A DNA stretch of 64,000 nt from Escherichia coli. Lineage in GTDB: Bacteria; Pseudomonadota; Gammaproteobacteria; Enterobacterales; Enterobacteriaceae. The translations under genes were made by a program, and so were the position numbers. Shown piece by piece: positions 1-12,336 of the stretch (positions are counted from its first letter, which is position 1; the number at the start of each line of letters is the position of its first letter). The DNA lies in NCBI RefSeq assembly GCF_013315695.1, contig NZ_CP054353.1. One strand, written 5' to 3'. The notes under the pieces are model-generated. The model was given only the letters and a program-made list of their open reading frames with translations. It did not search any database and had not been told where the DNA came from.

Positions 1-86
1 GATATCATGATACTGCGGCGGGGCGCTAAAACGAAGGGAAGAAGCATTAGTGTAATTAATTAAAGCAAGATAATACGTATGTTTGA

Positions 87-374
87 TCAATTTTCGAGGC
101 GATAACCGGCCATAAAAAAGCGCAACGTAGAACAGGAATTATTCTCACGAAAGAAATCCATTACCATCTCTTTATCCAGTCCATAGCGGCGCGTCAGAAT
201 ACCCGCTTCCCAGGCGCTGAGCTGGCGATCTCCGGTCTTTTCGTACATCCGGTGCGAGTAGCCTAATACAAAACCGCGTTTATAATCGGCACAGTATTTT
301 GTCACATTAACCGCACTGTCGGCATGCGTTGCTTTTAATCCCGCCATTAAGCCTTTACCAAAATGGTTATTCAT
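87..374 (-). CDS. yghW: small conserved protein, 95 aa (YghW-like)
   Basis: 95-aa ORF at the position and length expected for yghW upstream of the yghX-gpr block; identity from memory. Confidence 0.55.
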   Translation of the reverse strand: MNNHFGKGLMAGLKATHADSAVNVTKYCADYKRGFVLGYSHRMYEKTGDRQLSAWEAGILTRRYGLDKEMVMDFFRENNSCSTLRFFMAGYRLEN

Positions 375-492
375 CGTTCACCTCATTCGATATATATTGT
401 CATATATAGCGATATTTTAGGCAAAGAACGACTTTTGCGCACGCTATTTTTTCATGCTTGTTTAAGACGTAATCCCGTAAGAGATAAACCTA

Positions 493-1380
493 TCAGGAGA
501 GATATTTATCGAACCATTTCAGTGTCCTTTGCCAGGCAAGATCGGCGGCAGATTTGTCATAACGGGGCGTGGAATCATTATGGAATCCGTGATTAACCCC
601 CGGATAGATATACGCCTCATAAACCTTATTATTGGCTTTCAACGCCGCCTCGTAAGCAGGCCAGCCCTCGTTGATTCGGGTGTCCAGTTCCGCGAAGTGG
701 AGTAGTAAAGGCGCTTCAATCTTCGCCACATCGGCAGTGGGTGCCTGGCGACCATAAAACGGCACCGCGCAGGCCAGTTCCGGATACGCGACAGCCGCCG
801 CGTTCGATACGCCACCGCCATAGCAAAATCCGGTAATACCCACTTTGCCTGTCGCTTGCGGATAGCGTTGCATAAACTCAATTGCGGCAAAGAAATCATT
901 CATCAGTTTGGTTGGATCAACCTGCTGTTGCAGCTCACGACCTTTATCATCATTTCCCGGATAACCTCCAACGGAACTTAAGCCGTCAGGTGCCAGGGCG
1001 ATATACCCCGCCTTCGCCACTCGCCGTGCCACATCTTCGATATACGGATTCAGTCCACGATTCTCATGCACCACTACCACGGCTGGCGTTTTGCCGCTCA
1101 TTTTTGCGGGTTTCACCAGATAACCCCGTACCTCGCCGTGACCATTTGGCGAAGGATACGTGATGTACTCAGCAACAATCTCCGGGTCGGTAAACTCTAC
1201 CTGAGTCGCCAGCGCATAATTTGGCTTGAGCAAATCAAACAACGCTAATGCCGTCATCCCGCCTACCGCATACTTCGCCGCAAGGTTGAGGAACTCACGT
1301 TTCGAGATTTTCCCGTGAGCGTAATAGTCGTAGTAATCCAACAACTCTTGTGGGAAATCTTTGGCGGTTAAACGCGGCAT
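493..1380 (-). CDS. yghX: dienelactone hydrolase-family protein, apparently intact (295 aa from the ATG at 1380)
   Basis: Hydrolase-like ORF; GAGGAG Shine-Dalgarno 7 nt upstream of the ATG at 1380; the track ORF (493..1425) starts further upstream. Confidence 0.7.
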   Translation of the reverse strand: MPRLTAKDFPQELLDYYDYYAHGKISKREFLNLAAKYAVGGMTALALFDLLKPNYALATQVEFTDPEIVAEYITYPSPNGHGEVRGYLVKPAKMSGKTPAVVVVHENRGLNPYIEDVARRVAKAGYIALAPDGLSSVGGYPGNDDKGRELQQQVDPTKLMNDFFAAIEFMQRYPQATGKVGITGFCYGGGVSNAAAVAYPELACAVPFYGRQAPTADVAKIEAPLLLHFAELDTRINEGWPAYEAALKANNKVYEAYIYPGVNHGFHNDSTPRYDKSAADLAWQRTLKWFDKYLS

Positions 1381-1536
1381 CGTTGCACTCCTCAACTGGT
1401 GTTTTTTTAAGCAAAGCATAAGCACGTGTTTTCGCCCAGTTTTTCGTCACTCTGTGAGCCAGACTACGGGATACGCGCTGGCGAATCGCTAAACTAGAAA
1501 CATTGTTTCGAAATTGAACGGTGGAAAGGAGAGGTC

Positions 1537-2577
1537 ATGGTCTGGTTAGCGAATCCCGAACGTTACGGGCAGATGCAGTACCGCTATTGCGGAAAAAGCG
1601 GTTTACGCCTGCCCGCGTTATCGCTCGGTTTATGGCACAATTTCGGTCACGTTAACGCGCTGGAATCACAGCGTGCGATCCTGCGTAAAGCGTTTGATTT
1701 GGGCATTACGCACTTTGATTTAGCCAACAATTACGGGCCACCTCCAGGAAGCGCAGAAGAGAACTTTGGTCGCCTGCTGCGGGAGGATTTTGCCGCTTAT
1801 CGCGATGAACTGATTATCTCTACCAAGGCTGGCTACGATATGTGGCCCGGCCCTTACGGCTCTGGCGGTTCACGTAAATACCTGCTCGCCAGCCTCGACC
1901 AAAGCCTGAAGCGGATGGGGCTTGAGTATGTCGATATCTTTTACTCTCATCGCGTCGATGAAAATACGCCGATGGAAGAAACCGCCTCTGCGCTGGCTCA
2001 TGCGGTACAAAGCGGTAAGGCGCTGTATGTCGGGATCTCCTCTTACTCGCCAGAGCGGACGCAAAAAATGGTCGAGTTACTGCGCGAGTGGAAAATTCCG
2101 CTGTTAATTCATCAACCTTCGTACAATTTACTGAACCGCTGGGTGGATAAAAGCGGCCTGCTGGATACCCTGCAAAATAACGGCGTGGGCTGCATTGCCT
2201 TTACTCCTCTGGCTCAGGGATTGCTGACCGGAAAATATCTCAACGGCATTCCGCAAGATTCACGGATGCATCGTGAAGGGAATAAAGTTCGTGGTCTGAC
2301 GCCGAAAATGCTCACCGAAGCCAACCTCAACAGCCTGCGGTTATTGAATGAAATGGCACAGCAGCGTGGACAATCAATGGCGCAAATGGCGTTAAGCTGG
2401 TTGCTGAAAGATGATCGCGTGACGTCGGTATTGATTGGTGCCAGCCGCGCGGAGCAACTTGAGGAGAACGTGCAGGCGCTGAATAATCTGACATTTAGCA
2501 CCGAGGAGCTGGCGCAGATTGATCAGCATATCGCCGATGGCGAGCTGAATCTGTGGCAGGCGTCTTCCGATAAATGA
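1537..2577 (+). CDS. gpr: aldo-keto reductase, L-glyceraldehyde 3-phosphate reductase
   Basis: 346 aa with AKR-family sequence; AGGAGAGG RBS before ATG. Confidence 0.85.
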   Translation: MVWLANPERYGQMQYRYCGKSGLRLPALSLGLWHNFGHVNALESQRAILRKAFDLGITHFDLANNYGPPPGSAEENFGRLLREDFAAYRDELIISTKAGYDMWPGPYGSGGSRKYLLASLDQSLKRMGLEYVDIFYSHRVDENTPMEETASALAHAVQSGKALYVGISSYSPERTQKMVELLREWKIPLLIHQPSYNLLNRWVDKSGLLDTLQNNGVGCIAFTPLAQGLLTGKYLNGIPQDSRMHREGNKVRGLTPKMLTEANLNSLRLLNEMAQQRGQSMAQMALSWLLKDDRVTSVLIGASRAEQLEENVQALNNLTFSTEELAQIDQHIADGELNLWQASSDK

Positions 2578-2616
2578 CCTGTTAATAACGGGCGCGAGAA
2601 CCGCGCCCGAATCAGA

Positions 2617-3180
<564 letters not shown>

Positions 3181-3301
3181 TCAACATATCCGTTAAACCT
3201 TTGTCGCATAAATCCGAGGTTTAGGGATCTTCCTGGTTCCCTTATCAACGCATCGAGAGCGTCTACCCTTAAAGGACGTTGAACCTGAAGGGAGAAAAAC
3301 G

Positions 3302-4186
3302 ATGTCTCATTTAAAAGACCCGACCACGCAGTATTACACTGGTGAATATCCCAAACAGAAACAACCGACGCCAGGCATCCAGGCGAAGATGACACCGGTA
3401 CCGGATTGCGGCGAGAAAACCTATGTTGGTAGCGGTCGCCTGAAAGATCGTAAAGCACTGGTGACAGGGGGCGATTCCGGAATCGGTCGCGCTGCCGCCA
3501 TTGCTTACGCGCGTGAAGGGGCTGACGTGGCGATTAGTTATCTTCCCGTAGAAGAACAAGACGCTCAGGATGTGAAAAAGATCATTGAAGAATGCGGACG
3601 CAAAGCCGTTCTGCTGCCAGGCGATTTAAGCGATGAGAAATTCGCCCGTTCGCTGGTTCACGAAGCGCACAAGGCGTTAGGCGGGCTGGATATTATGGCG
3701 CTGGTCGCCGGGAAACAGGTTGCCATTCCTGATATTGCAGACCTCACCAGCGAACAGTTTCAAAAGACCTTTGCCATTAACGTTTTCGCGCTGTTCTGGC
3801 TAACCCAGGAAGCGATACCCCTGCTACCGAAAGGTGCCAGTATCATCACCACTTCGTCAATCCAGGCATACCAGCCAAGCCCGCATTTACTGGACTATGC
3901 GGCTACGAAGGCGGCGATTCTGAACTACAGCCGAGGCCTGGCAAAACAGGTCGCGGAGAAAGGTATTCGGGTGAATATTGTCGCGCCAGGCCCGATCTGG
4001 ACAGCACTGCAAATTTCCGGCGGACAGACGCAGGATAAGATCCCGCAGTTTGGTCAGAAAACGCCGATGAAGCGTGCGGGGCAACCGGCGGAACTGGCCC
4101 CTGTATATGTTTATCTGGCAAGTCAGGAGTCGAGCTACGTCAGCGCAGAAGTGCACGGTGTGTGCGGCGGCGAGCATTTAGGTTAA
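3302..4186 (+). CDS. yghA: short-chain dehydrogenase/reductase, NADP-dependent
   Basis: 294 aa; [10 protein letters not shown] Rossmann motif. Confidence 0.85.
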   Translation: MSHLKDPTTQYYTGEYPKQKQPTPGIQAKMTPVPDCGEKTYVGSGRLKDRKALVTGGDSGIGRAAAIAYAREGADVAISYLPVEEQDAQDVKKIIEECGRKAVLLPGDLSDEKFARSLVHEAHKALGGLDIMALVAGKQVAIPDIADLTSEQFQKTFAINVFALFWLTQEAIPLLPKGASIITTSSIQAYQPSPHLLDYAATKAAILNYSRGLAKQVAEKGIRVNIVAPGPIWTALQISGGQTQDKIPQFGQKTPMKRAGQPAELAPVYVYLASQESSYVSAEVHGVCGGEHLG

Positions 4187-4224
4187 AAAAATGCCCGGTT
4201 GTGAAAAGCAACCGGGCATCATTT

Positions 4225-4650
4225 TTATTTCGCTTTGGCGGTTTCTTCGCCGACCAGACCTATCTTCAGATAACCCGCCTGATGCAGCGTATCCATTACC
4301 TTCATCAACGTCTCGTAATCGACGGTTTTATCCGCACGGAAGAAGATGGTGGTGTCTTTCTTACCTTCAGTTAACGCATTCAGCGCCGTAACCATTGTTT
4401 CATCGGTGACCGGATCGTTACCGATAAACATCGAGTTGTCCGCCTTCACCGACAGATAAACCGGTTTTTCCGGGCGCGGCTGCGGCGTGCTGGTAGAAGC
4501 AGGCAAGTTCACCTTCACATCTACCGTCGCTAACGGTGCCGCCACCATAAAGATAATCAGCAGAACCAACATCACGTCGATAAACGGCGTCACGTTGATA
4601 TCATGCATTTCGCCATTATCGTCGAGGTTTTCGTTAAGATGCATTGCCAT
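4225..4650 (-). CDS. exbD: TonB-system energiser ExbD
   Basis: 141 aa, single N-terminal TM helix; immediately downstream of exbB. Confidence 0.9.
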   Translation of the reverse strand: MAMHLNENLDDNGEMHDINVTPFIDVMLVLLIIFMVAAPLATVDVKVNLPASTSTPQPRPEKPVYLSVKADNSMFIGNDPVTDETMVTALNALTEGKKDTTIFFRADKTVDYETLMKVMDTLHQAGYLKIGLVGEETAKAK

Positions 4651-4656
4651 CGGACA

Positions 4657-5391
4657 TTATCCTGCGCGTAATTTTTGTGCGACACGAACCGGATGCGCAG
4701 CGGCGCTGGCTTCCAGATCCAGGTCACGGCTTTGCAGCAACAATACCTGCGCTGCAACATCACCCAGCATCGCTTTAAAGCCGCCAATCTGGCGTGCAAA
4801 TACGTTATAGATAACGACCGCCGGAATCGCTGCCACGAGGCCGATTGCCGTTGCTAACAGAGCTTCTGCGATACCCGGCGCAACGACTGCCAGGTTAGTG
4901 GTCTGCGTTTGCGCGATACCAATAAAGCTGTTCATGATGCCCCAGACCGTACCAAACAGACCAACGAACGGCGAAATCGCGCCGATAGTCGCGAGATAGC
5001 CATTACCACGGCCCATTTGACGGCCCACAGCGGCGACCCGACGCTCCAGGCGGAAGCTGGTACGCTCTTTAATACCTTCGTTATCGTCGCTGCCTTCTGA
5101 CAGTTCCAGCTCATTCTGCGCTTCATTGAGCAAATGCAGGCTTAAGCTTTTGCTACCAAAATCAGCGGCGATATCGTTGGCCTGGTTTAAGGAACGCGCT
5201 TCAGCCAGCAGTTGCTGCTCGCGCTTAAGGCGACGCTTCTGATTGAAGAACTCTACGCTCTTACTGAAGAAGATTGCCCAGGTGACTACGGAGGCCAAAA
5301 TAAGCCCAATCATCACGCACTTAACGACAATATCGGCGTGCTGATACATACCCCAGACGGAAAGGTCCGTCTGCATTAAATTATTACCCAC
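4657..5391 (-). CDS. exbB: TonB-system energiser ExbB
   Basis: 244 aa, MotA/TolQ/ExbB-type. Confidence 0.9.
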   Translation of the reverse strand: MGNNLMQTDLSVWGMYQHADIVVKCVMIGLILASVVTWAIFFSKSVEFFNQKRRLKREQQLLAEARSLNQANDIAADFGSKSLSLHLLNEAQNELELSEGSDDNEGIKERTSFRLERRVAAVGRQMGRGNGYLATIGAISPFVGLFGTVWGIMNSFIGIAQTQTTNLAVVAPGIAEALLATAIGLVAAIPAVVIYNVFARQIGGFKAMLGDVAAQVLLLQSRDLDLEASAAAHPVRVAQKLRAG

Positions 5392-5454
5392 TGTGTATCT
5401 CCAGGACGCAAGTCACAAAATCTGCGCATAATAATATCAAAACGACGTCGAATT

Positions 5455-5473
5455 GATAGTCGTTCTCATTACT
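5455..5473. promoter_or_regulatory. candidate Fur box in the exbB promoter region
   Basis: gatagtcgttctcattact, about 12 of 19 matches to GATAATGATAATCATTATC by eye. Confidence 0.3.
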
Positions 5474-5600
5474 ATTTGCATACTGCCGTACCTTTGCTTT
5501 CTTTTCCTTGCGTTTACGCAGTAAAAAAGTCACCAGCACGCCATTTGCGAAAATTTTCTGCTTTATGCCAATTCTTCAGGATGCGCCCGCGAATATTCAT

Positions 5601-5624
5601 GCTAGTTTAGACATCCAGACGTAT
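5601..5624 (+). promoter_or_regulatory. tandem MetJ boxes upstream of metC
   Basis: Adjacent 8-mers agacatcc and agacgtat (consensus AGACGTCT) about 20 nt before the metC ATG. Confidence 0.45.
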
Positions 5625-5642
5625 AAAAACAGGAATCCCGAC

Positions 5643-6830
5643 ATGGCGGACAAAAAGCTTGATACTCAACTGGTGAATGCAGGACGCAGCAAAAAATACA
5701 CTCTCGGCGCGGTAAATAGCGTGATTCAGCGCGCTTCTTCGCTGGTCTTTGACAGTGTGGCAGCCAAAAAGCACGCGACGCGCAATCGCGCCAATGGCGA
5801 GTTGTTCTATGGACGGCGCGGAACGTTAACCCATTTTTCCTTACAACAAGCGATGTGTGAACTGGAAGGTGGCGCAGGCTGCGTGCTGTTCCCCTGCGGG
5901 GCGGCGGCGGTTGCTAATTCTATTCTTGCTTTTGTCGAACAGGGCGATCATGTGTTGATGACCAACACCGCCTATGAACCGAGTCAGGATTTCTGTAGCA
6001 AAATCCTCAGCAAACTGGGCGTAACGACATCGTGGTTTGATCCGCTGATTGGCGCAGATATCGTTAAACATGTGCAGCCAAACACTAAAATCGTGTTTCT
6101 GGAATCCCCAGGCTCCATCACCATGGAAGTCCACGACGTTCCGGCGATTGTTGCCGCCGTGCGCAGTGTGGTGCCGGATGCCATCATTATGATCGATAAC
6201 ACCTGGGCGGCCGGTGTGCTGTTTAAGGCGCTGGATTTTGGCATCGATGTTTCCATTCAGGCCGCTACCAAATATCTGGTTGGGCATTCAGATGCGATGA
6301 TTGGTACTGCCGTATGCAATGCCCGTTGCTGGGAGCAGCTGCGGGAGAATGCCTATCTGATGGGCCAGATGGTCGATGCCGATACCGCTTATATAACCAG
6401 CCGTGGCCTGCGCACTTTGGGTGTTCGCCTGCGTCAACATCATGAAAGCAGTCTGAAAGTGGCTGAGTGGCTGGCAGAACATCCGCAAGTAGCGCGAGTT
6501 AACCACCCTGCTCTGCCTGGCAGTAAAGGCCACGAATTCTGGAAACGAGACTTTACAGGTAGCAGCGGGCTATTTTCCTTTGTGCTTAAGAAAAAACTCA
6601 ATGATGAAGAGCTGGCGAACTATCTGGATAACTTCAGTTTATTCAGCATGGCCTACTCGTGGGGCGGGTATGAATCGTTGATCCTGGCAAATCAACCAGA
6701 ACATATCGCCGCCATTCGTCCACAAGGCGAGATCGATTTTAGCGGGACCTTGATTCGCCTGCATATTGGTCTGGAAGATGTCGACGATCTGATTGCCGAT
6801 CTGGACGCCGGTTTTGCGCGAATTGTATAA
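5643..6830 (+). CDS. metC: cystathionine beta-lyase
   Basis: 395 aa from the internal ATG ([15 protein letters not shown]...); track ORF is N-extended. Confidence 0.9.
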   Translation: MADKKLDTQLVNAGRSKKYTLGAVNSVIQRASSLVFDSVAAKKHATRNRANGELFYGRRGTLTHFSLQQAMCELEGGAGCVLFPCGAAAVANSILAFVEQGDHVLMTNTAYEPSQDFCSKILSKLGVTTSWFDPLIGADIVKHVQPNTKIVFLESPGSITMEVHDVPAIVAAVRSVVPDAIIMIDNTWAAGVLFKALDFGIDVSIQAATKYLVGHSDAMIGTAVCNARCWEQLRENAYLMGQMVDADTAYITSRGLRTLGVRLRQHHESSLKVAEWLAEHPQVARVNHPALPGSKGHEFWKRDFTGSSGLFSFVLKKKLNDEELANYLDNFSLFSMAYSWGGYESLILANQPEHIAAIRPQGEIDFSGTLIRLHIGLEDVDDLIADLDAGFARIV

Positions 6831-6969
6831 CATTGCCACTTTTGGACAATTTTGCAGACATTTTATTGTGAAAAGTCTTAAATTGTTGCGTCCGGGATCA
6901 AGGCGTCCCGGACGATTCAGGAGTACAATAGGCAGATAAAGGCTTAAACGCTGTTCCACAGGAAAGTCC

Positions 6970-7629
6970 ATGGCTGTTATTCAAGATATCATCGCTGCGC
7001 TCTGGCAACACGACTTTGCCGCGCTGGCGGATCCTCATATTGTTAGCGTTGTTTACTTTGTCATGTTTGCCACGCTGTTTTTAGAAAACGGCCTGCTGCC
7101 CGCCTCATTTTTGCCAGGCGACAGCTTGTTGATATTGGCTGGCGCATTGATTGCCCAGGGGGTTATGGATTTTCTGCCTACGATTGCGATTCTGACCGCC
7201 GCAGCAAGTCTGGGCTGCTGGCTAAGTTATATTCAGGGGCGCTGGTTAGGAAATACCAAAACGGTGAAAGGCTGGCTGGCACAGCTTCCTGCTAAATATC
7301 ACCAGCGCGCCACCTGCATGTTTGACCGCCACGGTCTGCTGGCGCTGCTGGCTGGACGTTTTCTTGCATTTGTCCGTACGCTGCTGCCAACCATGGCAGG
7401 AATTTCCGGTTTGCCAAACCGCCGTTTCCAGTTTTTCAACTGGTTAAGCGGATTGCTGTGGGTCAGCGTGGTAACCAGTTTCGGCTATGCCTTAAGTATG
7501 ATTCCGTTCGTTAAACGCCATGAAAATCAGGTAATGACGTTCCTGATGATCCTGCCAATTGCCTTGTTAACCGCTGGCTTGTTAGGCACGCTGTTTGTGG
7601 TGATTAAAAAAAAATACTGTAACGCCTGA
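6970..7629 (+). CDS. yghB: DedA-family inner membrane protein
   Basis: 219 aa, multiple TM helices. Confidence 0.85.
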   Translation: MAVIQDIIAALWQHDFAALADPHIVSVVYFVMFATLFLENGLLPASFLPGDSLLILAGALIAQGVMDFLPTIAILTAAASLGCWLSYIQGRWLGNTKTVKGWLAQLPAKYHQRATCMFDRHGLLALLAGRFLAFVRTLLPTMAGISGLPNRRFQFFNWLSGLLWVSVVTSFGYALSMIPFVKRHENQVMTFLMILPIALLTAGLLGTLFVVIKKKYCNA

Positions 7630-7668
7630 CGATTTTCCCCGTTCCCGGTTGCTGTACCGGGAACGTAT

Positions 7669-8625
7669 TTAATTCCCCTGCATCGCCCGCATTCTTGCCG
7701 CATCTTCCCCCGGCGTCACACCAAAGTAACGTTTAAACTCACGGCTAAATTGCGATGCGCTTTCGTAACCGACGCGCATCGCTGCCGCACTGGCTTTCAT
7801 GCCGTCGTGGATAATCATCATCCGCGCCTTATGCAGACGGTAATTCTTCAAATACTGCAACGGCGAGGTGCTGGTGACAGACTTAAAATTATGGTGGAAC
7901 GTCGATACGCTCATGTTGGCTTCTGCCGCCAGTTGCTCGACGCTCAGGTTTTCGGTGTATTTATTCTCAATCCGTTTCAGCACGCGGCTAATCAGGCTGA
8001 AGTGAGTCTGGCGACTGACCAGCGCCAGTAACGCGCCGCCGCAAGGTCCGGTCAGCACGTAGTACAGAATTTCGCGGATGATCTGTTTGCCGAGAATACG
8101 CGCATCCAGTGGTCGCTCCATCACGTCGAGTAACCGCTCCGCCGCGCATAAAATCTCTTCTGATAACGTGGCAGAGTTAATCCCGCTGGCTGCCATCGAC
8201 GGCTGGAAATGCTCATCTTCGCCAATGTCCATCAACAGTTCCTGTAACTGCAAAATATCGACATTGAGACGCAACCCTGCCAGCGGCACCTCTGACGTGG
8301 CATAGGTTTCGCACTCAAACGGCAACGGCACCGTCAGCAGCAGGTATTCATTGGCATCATAACGAAACACGCGTTCATTGATATAACCGATTTTATGCCC
8401 GGAGAAGAGAATTATGATGCCAGGCTCGTACATTACCGGTGTACGTGCGAAAGGCGTCTCGCCATACAACAAACGCACATCGGGCAACAGCTCTGACAAA
8501 CCATTTTCTTTATTTTTCAGTTTATTAACTTTATCCGCCAGCAAGCGGCAAATCTCTTCACGTTTCATATCGCGTAATTTCTTAGGAATAATGCGGCAAT
8601 TTGATTGTGCGCAATTTTGTAGCAT
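7669..8625 (-). CDS. yqhC: AraC-family transcriptional activator
   Basis: 318 aa from the internal Met; C-terminal AraC-type HTH; divergent from yqhD. Confidence 0.8.
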   Translation of the reverse strand: MLQNCAQSNCRIIPKKLRDMKREEICRLLADKVNKLKNKENGLSELLPDVRLLYGETPFARTPVMYEPGIIILFSGHKIGYINERVFRYDANEYLLLTVPLPFECETYATSEVPLAGLRLNVDILQLQELLMDIGEDEHFQPSMAASGINSATLSEEILCAAERLLDVMERPLDARILGKQIIREILYYVLTGPCGGALLALVSRQTHFSLISRVLKRIENKYTENLSVEQLAAEANMSVSTFHHNFKSVTSTSPLQYLKNYRLHKARMMIIHDGMKASAAAMRVGYESASQFSREFKRYFGVTPGEDAARMRAMQGN

Positions 8626-8761
8626 TTCTCCAGCACTCTGGAGAAATAGGCAAGACATTGGCAGAAATGAGCATTGAGAGCCAGGGCGCTGGCGATCACA
8701 ATGAAAAACATCAGGCAGATCGTTCTCTGCCCTCATATTGGCCCAGCAAAGGGAGCAAGTA

Positions 8762-9925
8762 ATGAACAACTTTAATCTGCACACCCCAACCCGCATTCTG
8801 TTTGGTAAAGGCGCAATCGCTGGTTTACGCGAACAAATTCCTCACGATGCTCGCGTATTGATTACCTACGGCGGCGGCAGCGTGAAAAAAACCGGCGTTC
8901 TCGATCAAGTTCTGGATGCCCTGAAAGGCATGGACGTGCTGGAATTTGGCGGTATTGAGCCAAACCCGGCTTATGAAACGCTGATGAACGCCGTGAAACT
9001 GGTTCGCGAACAAAAAGTGACTTTCCTGCTGGCGGTTGGCGGCGGTTCTGTACTGGACGGCACCAAATTTATCGCCGCAGCGGCTAACTATCCGGAAAAT
9101 ATCGATCCGTGGCACATTCTACAAACGGGCGGTAAAGAGATTAAAAGCGCCATCCCGATGGGCTGTGTGCTGACGCTGCCAGCAACCGGTTCAGAATCCA
9201 ACGCCGGTGCGGTGATCTCCCGTAAAACCACAGGCGACAAGCAGGCATTCCATTCTGCCCATGTTCAACCCGTATTTGCCGTGCTCGATCCGGTTTATAC
9301 CTACACCCTGCCGCCGCGTCAGGTGGCTAACGGTGTAGTGGACGCTTTTGTACACACCGTGGAACAGTATGTTACTAAACCGGTTGATGCCAAAATTCAG
9401 GACCGTTTCGCAGAAGGCATTTTGTTGACGCTGATCGAAGATGGTCCGAAAGCCCTGAAAGAGCCAGAAAACTACGATGTGCGCGCCAACGTCATGTGGG
9501 CGGCGACGCAGGCGCTGAACGGTTTGATTGGCGCTGGCGTACCGCAGGACTGGGCAACGCATATGCTGGGCCACGAACTGACTGCGATGCACGGTCTGGA
9601 TCACGCGCAAACACTGGCTATCGTCCTGCCTGCACTGTGGAATGAAAAACGCGATACCAAGCGCGCTAAGCTGCTGCAATATGCTGAACGCGTCTGGAAC
9701 ATCACTGAAGGTTCCGACGATGAGCGTATTGACGCCGCGATTGCCGCAACCCGCAATTTCTTTGAGCAATTAGGCGTGCCTACCCACCTCTCCGACTACG
9801 GTCTGGACGGCAGCTCCATCCCGGCTTTGCTGAAAAAACTGGAAGAGCACGGCATGACCCAACTGGGCGAAAATCATGACATTACGCTGGATGTCAGCCG
9901 CCGTATATACGAAGCCGCCCGCTAA
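8762..9925 (+). CDS. yqhD: NADPH-dependent iron-type alcohol/aldehyde reductase
   Basis: 387 aa from [17 protein letters not shown]... Confidence 0.9.
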   Translation: MNNFNLHTPTRILFGKGAIAGLREQIPHDARVLITYGGGSVKKTGVLDQVLDALKGMDVLEFGGIEPNPAYETLMNAVKLVREQKVTFLLAVGGGSVLDGTKFIAAAANYPENIDPWHILQTGGKEIKSAIPMGCVLTLPATGSESNAGAVISRKTTGDKQAFHSAHVQPVFAVLDPVYTYTLPPRQVANGVVDAFVHTVEQYVTKPVDAKIQDRFAEGILLTLIEDGPKALKEPENYDVRANVMWAATQALNGLIGAGVPQDWATHMLGHELTAMHGLDHAQTLAIVLPALWNEKRDTKRAKLLQYAERVWNITEGSDDERIDAAIAATRNFFEQLGVPTHLSDYGLDGSSIPALLKKLEEHGMTQLGENHDITLDVSRRIYEAAR

Positions 9926-10029
9926 GCTTTTTACGCCTCAAACTTTCGTTTTCGGGCATTTCGTCCAGACTTAAGTTCACAACACCTCACCGGAGCCTGC
10001 TCCGGTGAGTTCATATAAAGGAGGAACGT

Positions 10030-10857
10030 ATGGCTAATCCAACCGTTATTAAGCTACAGGATGGCAATGTCATGCCCCAGCTGGGACTGGGCGTCTGGCA
10101 AGCAAGTAATGAGGAAGTAATCACCGCCATTCAAAAAGCGTTAGAAGTGGGTTATCGCTCGATTGATACCGCCGCGGCCTATAAGAACGAAGAAGGTGTC
10201 GGCAAAGCCCTGAAAAATGCCTCAGTCAACAGAGAAGAACTGTTCATCACCACTAAGCTGTGGAACGACGACCACAAGCGCCCCCGCGAAGCCCTGCTCG
10301 ACAGCCTGAAAAAACTCCAGCTTGATTATATCGACCTCTATTTAATGCACTGGCCCGTTCCCGCTATCGACCATTATGTCGAAGCATGGAAGGGCATGAT
10401 CGAATTGCAAAAAGAGGGATTAATCAAAAGCATTGGCGTGTGCAACTTCCAGATCCATCACCTGCAACGCCTGATTGATGAAACTGGCGTGACGCCTGTG
10501 ATAAACCAGATCGAACTTCACCCGCTGATGCAACAACGCCAGCTACATGCCTGGAACGCGACACACAAAATACAGACCGAATCCTGGAGTCCATTAGCGC
10601 AAGGTGGGAAAGGCGTTTTCGATCAGAAAGTCATTCGCGATCTGGCAGATAAATACGGCAAAACACCTGCGCAGATTGTTATCCGCTGGCATCTGGATAG
10701 CGGCCTGGTGGTGATCCCGAAATCGGTCACACCTTCACGTATTGCCGAAAACTTTGATGTCTGGGATTTCCGTCTCGACAAAGACGAACTCGGCGAAATT
10801 GCAAAACTCGATCAGGGCAAGCGTCTCGGTCCCGATCCTGACCAGTTTGGCGGCTAA
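10030..10857 (+). CDS. dkgA: 2,5-diketo-D-gluconate/methylglyoxal reductase (AKR)
   Basis: 275 aa aldo-keto reductase; GGAGG RBS. Confidence 0.9.
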   Translation: MANPTVIKLQDGNVMPQLGLGVWQASNEEVITAIQKALEVGYRSIDTAAAYKNEEGVGKALKNASVNREELFITTKLWNDDHKRPREALLDSLKKLQLDYIDLYLMHWPVPAIDHYVEAWKGMIELQKEGLIKSIGVCNFQIHHLQRLIDETGVTPVINQIELHPLMQQRQLHAWNATHKIQTESWSPLAQGGKGVFDQKVIRDLADKYGKTPAQIVIRWHLDSGLVVIPKSVTPSRIAENFDVWDFRLDKDELGEIAKLDQGKRLGPDPDQFGG

Positions 10858-11056
10858 CGGGCAAATTCTCCCGGTGGCGGTAATGTTCCGCTACCGGACT
10901 TTTCAGAAATCATTTATTCCCCTCGCGTCCCGCCCGTTGCTACTCTTCCTTGTTCAGGAATGCCAAATATAAGGACATCATCATGCAGAGCCGGAAGCTC
11001 TTAAAGGAACAACTCATCTACACCCGGGATAAACGCAACGGAGAGGTGAAAAACAG

Positions 11057-11983
11057 ATGAAAATAATACTTCTGTTTTTAGCAGCCCTGGCAAGTTTTAC
11101 CGTACAGGCGCAGCCTCCTTCACAGACCGTAGAACAAACAGTCCGGCAGATTTATCAGAACTATAAATCAGATGCCAGTACGCCTTATTTTGGTGAAACC
11201 GGAGAGCGAGCGATAACTTCTGCGCGTATTCAACAGGCGCTTACCCTGAACGACAATCTTACACTACCGGGCAATATTGGCTGGCTGGATTATGATCCGG
11301 TTTGTGATTGTCAGGATTTTGGCGATCTGGTGTTAGAAAGCGTAGCGATAACCCAACCTGACGCCGATCATGCCGATGCCGTTGTGCGCTTTCGTATCTT
11401 TAAAGACGATAAAGAAAAGACCACGCAGACACTGAAAATGGTGGCGGAAAATGGTCGTTGGGTCATTGACGATATTGTCAGCAATCATGGCAGCGTCTTA
11501 CAAGCGGTTAATAGCGAGAATGAAAAAACGCTGGCCGCTATAGCTTCGTTGCAAAAAGAACAGCCGGAAGCCTTTGTTACCGAACTCTTTGAACATTTTG
11601 CTGATTATAGCTGGCCGTGGACGTGGGTGGTTTCCGACCCTTACCGCCAGGCGGTCAATGCCTTCTATAAAACCACCTTCAAGACGGCCAACAATCCCGA
11701 TGAAGATATGCAAATAGAACGGCAATTTATTTACGACAATCCGATCTGTTTTGGCGAAGAGTCGCTATTTTCACGCGTTGATGAAATTCGAGTCCTGGAG
11801 AAAACCGCCGATTCCGCCCGCATTCATGTTCGCTTTACGCTGACCAATGGCAACAACGAAGAGCAAGAACTGATTTTACAGCGGCGCGAAGGTAAGTGGG
11901 AAATCGCTGATTTTATCCGCCCGAACAGCGGCAGCCTACTTAAGCAGATTGAGGCAAAAACCGCCGCCAGATTAAAACAATGA
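11057..11983 (+). CDS. yqhG: secreted protein of unknown function
   Basis: 308 aa with N-terminal signal peptide. Confidence 0.7.
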   Translation: MKIILLFLAALASFTVQAQPPSQTVEQTVRQIYQNYKSDASTPYFGETGERAITSARIQQALTLNDNLTLPGNIGWLDYDPVCDCQDFGDLVLESVAITQPDADHADAVVRFRIFKDDKEKTTQTLKMVAENGRWVIDDIVSNHGSVLQAVNSENEKTLAAIASLQKEQPEAFVTELFEHFADYSWPWTWVVSDPYRQAVNAFYKTTFKTANNPDEDMQIERQFIYDNPICFGEESLFSRVDEIRVLEKTADSARIHVRFTLTNGNNEEQELILQRREGKWEIADFIRPNSGSLLKQIEAKTAARLKQ

Positions 11984-12033
11984 GCTGAATTAAATAGCAA
12001 TTAGCCGGAACAATAAATAAAAGGGAACACTAT

Positions 12034-12291
12034 ATGAAAACGATTTTCACCGTGGGAGCTGTTGTTCTGGCAACCTGCTTGCTCAGTGGCTGCGTCAATG
12101 AGCAAAAGGTCAATCAGCTGGCGAGCAATGTGCAAACATTAAATGCCAAAATCGCCCGGCTTGAGCAGGATATGAAAGCATTACGCCCACAAATCTATGC
12201 TGCCAAATCCGACGCTAACAGAGCCAATACGCGTCTTGATGCCCAGGACTATTTCGATTGCCTGCGCTGCTTGCGTATGTACGCAGAATGA
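12034..12291 (+). CDS. yqhH: small lipoprotein
   Basis: 85 aa; signal peptide with lipobox LSGC. Confidence 0.7.
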   Translation: MKTIFTVGAVVLATCLLSGCVNEQKVNQLASNVQTLNAKIARLEQDMKALRPQIYAAKSDANRANTRLDAQDYFDCLRCLRMYAE

Positions 12292-12292
12292 T

Positions 12293-12336
12293 AAAAAAAT
12301 TCCCGGCAGCATTCTGTTACCGGGGATATTTTTTAA
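12293..12336. terminator. bidirectional rho-independent terminator between convergent yqhH and ygiQ
   Basis: GC hairpin tcccggcagc...ccgggga flanked by an A-run and a T-run. Confidence 0.55.

Noticed and set aside
5508-5642. N-terminal extensions of track ORFs (metC here; also yqhC to 8796, glnE to 62992, tolC from 44614, yqhD from 8738)
   Set aside because: Internal start codons give the canonical lengths and have better RBS spacing; the extensions run into promoter regions.
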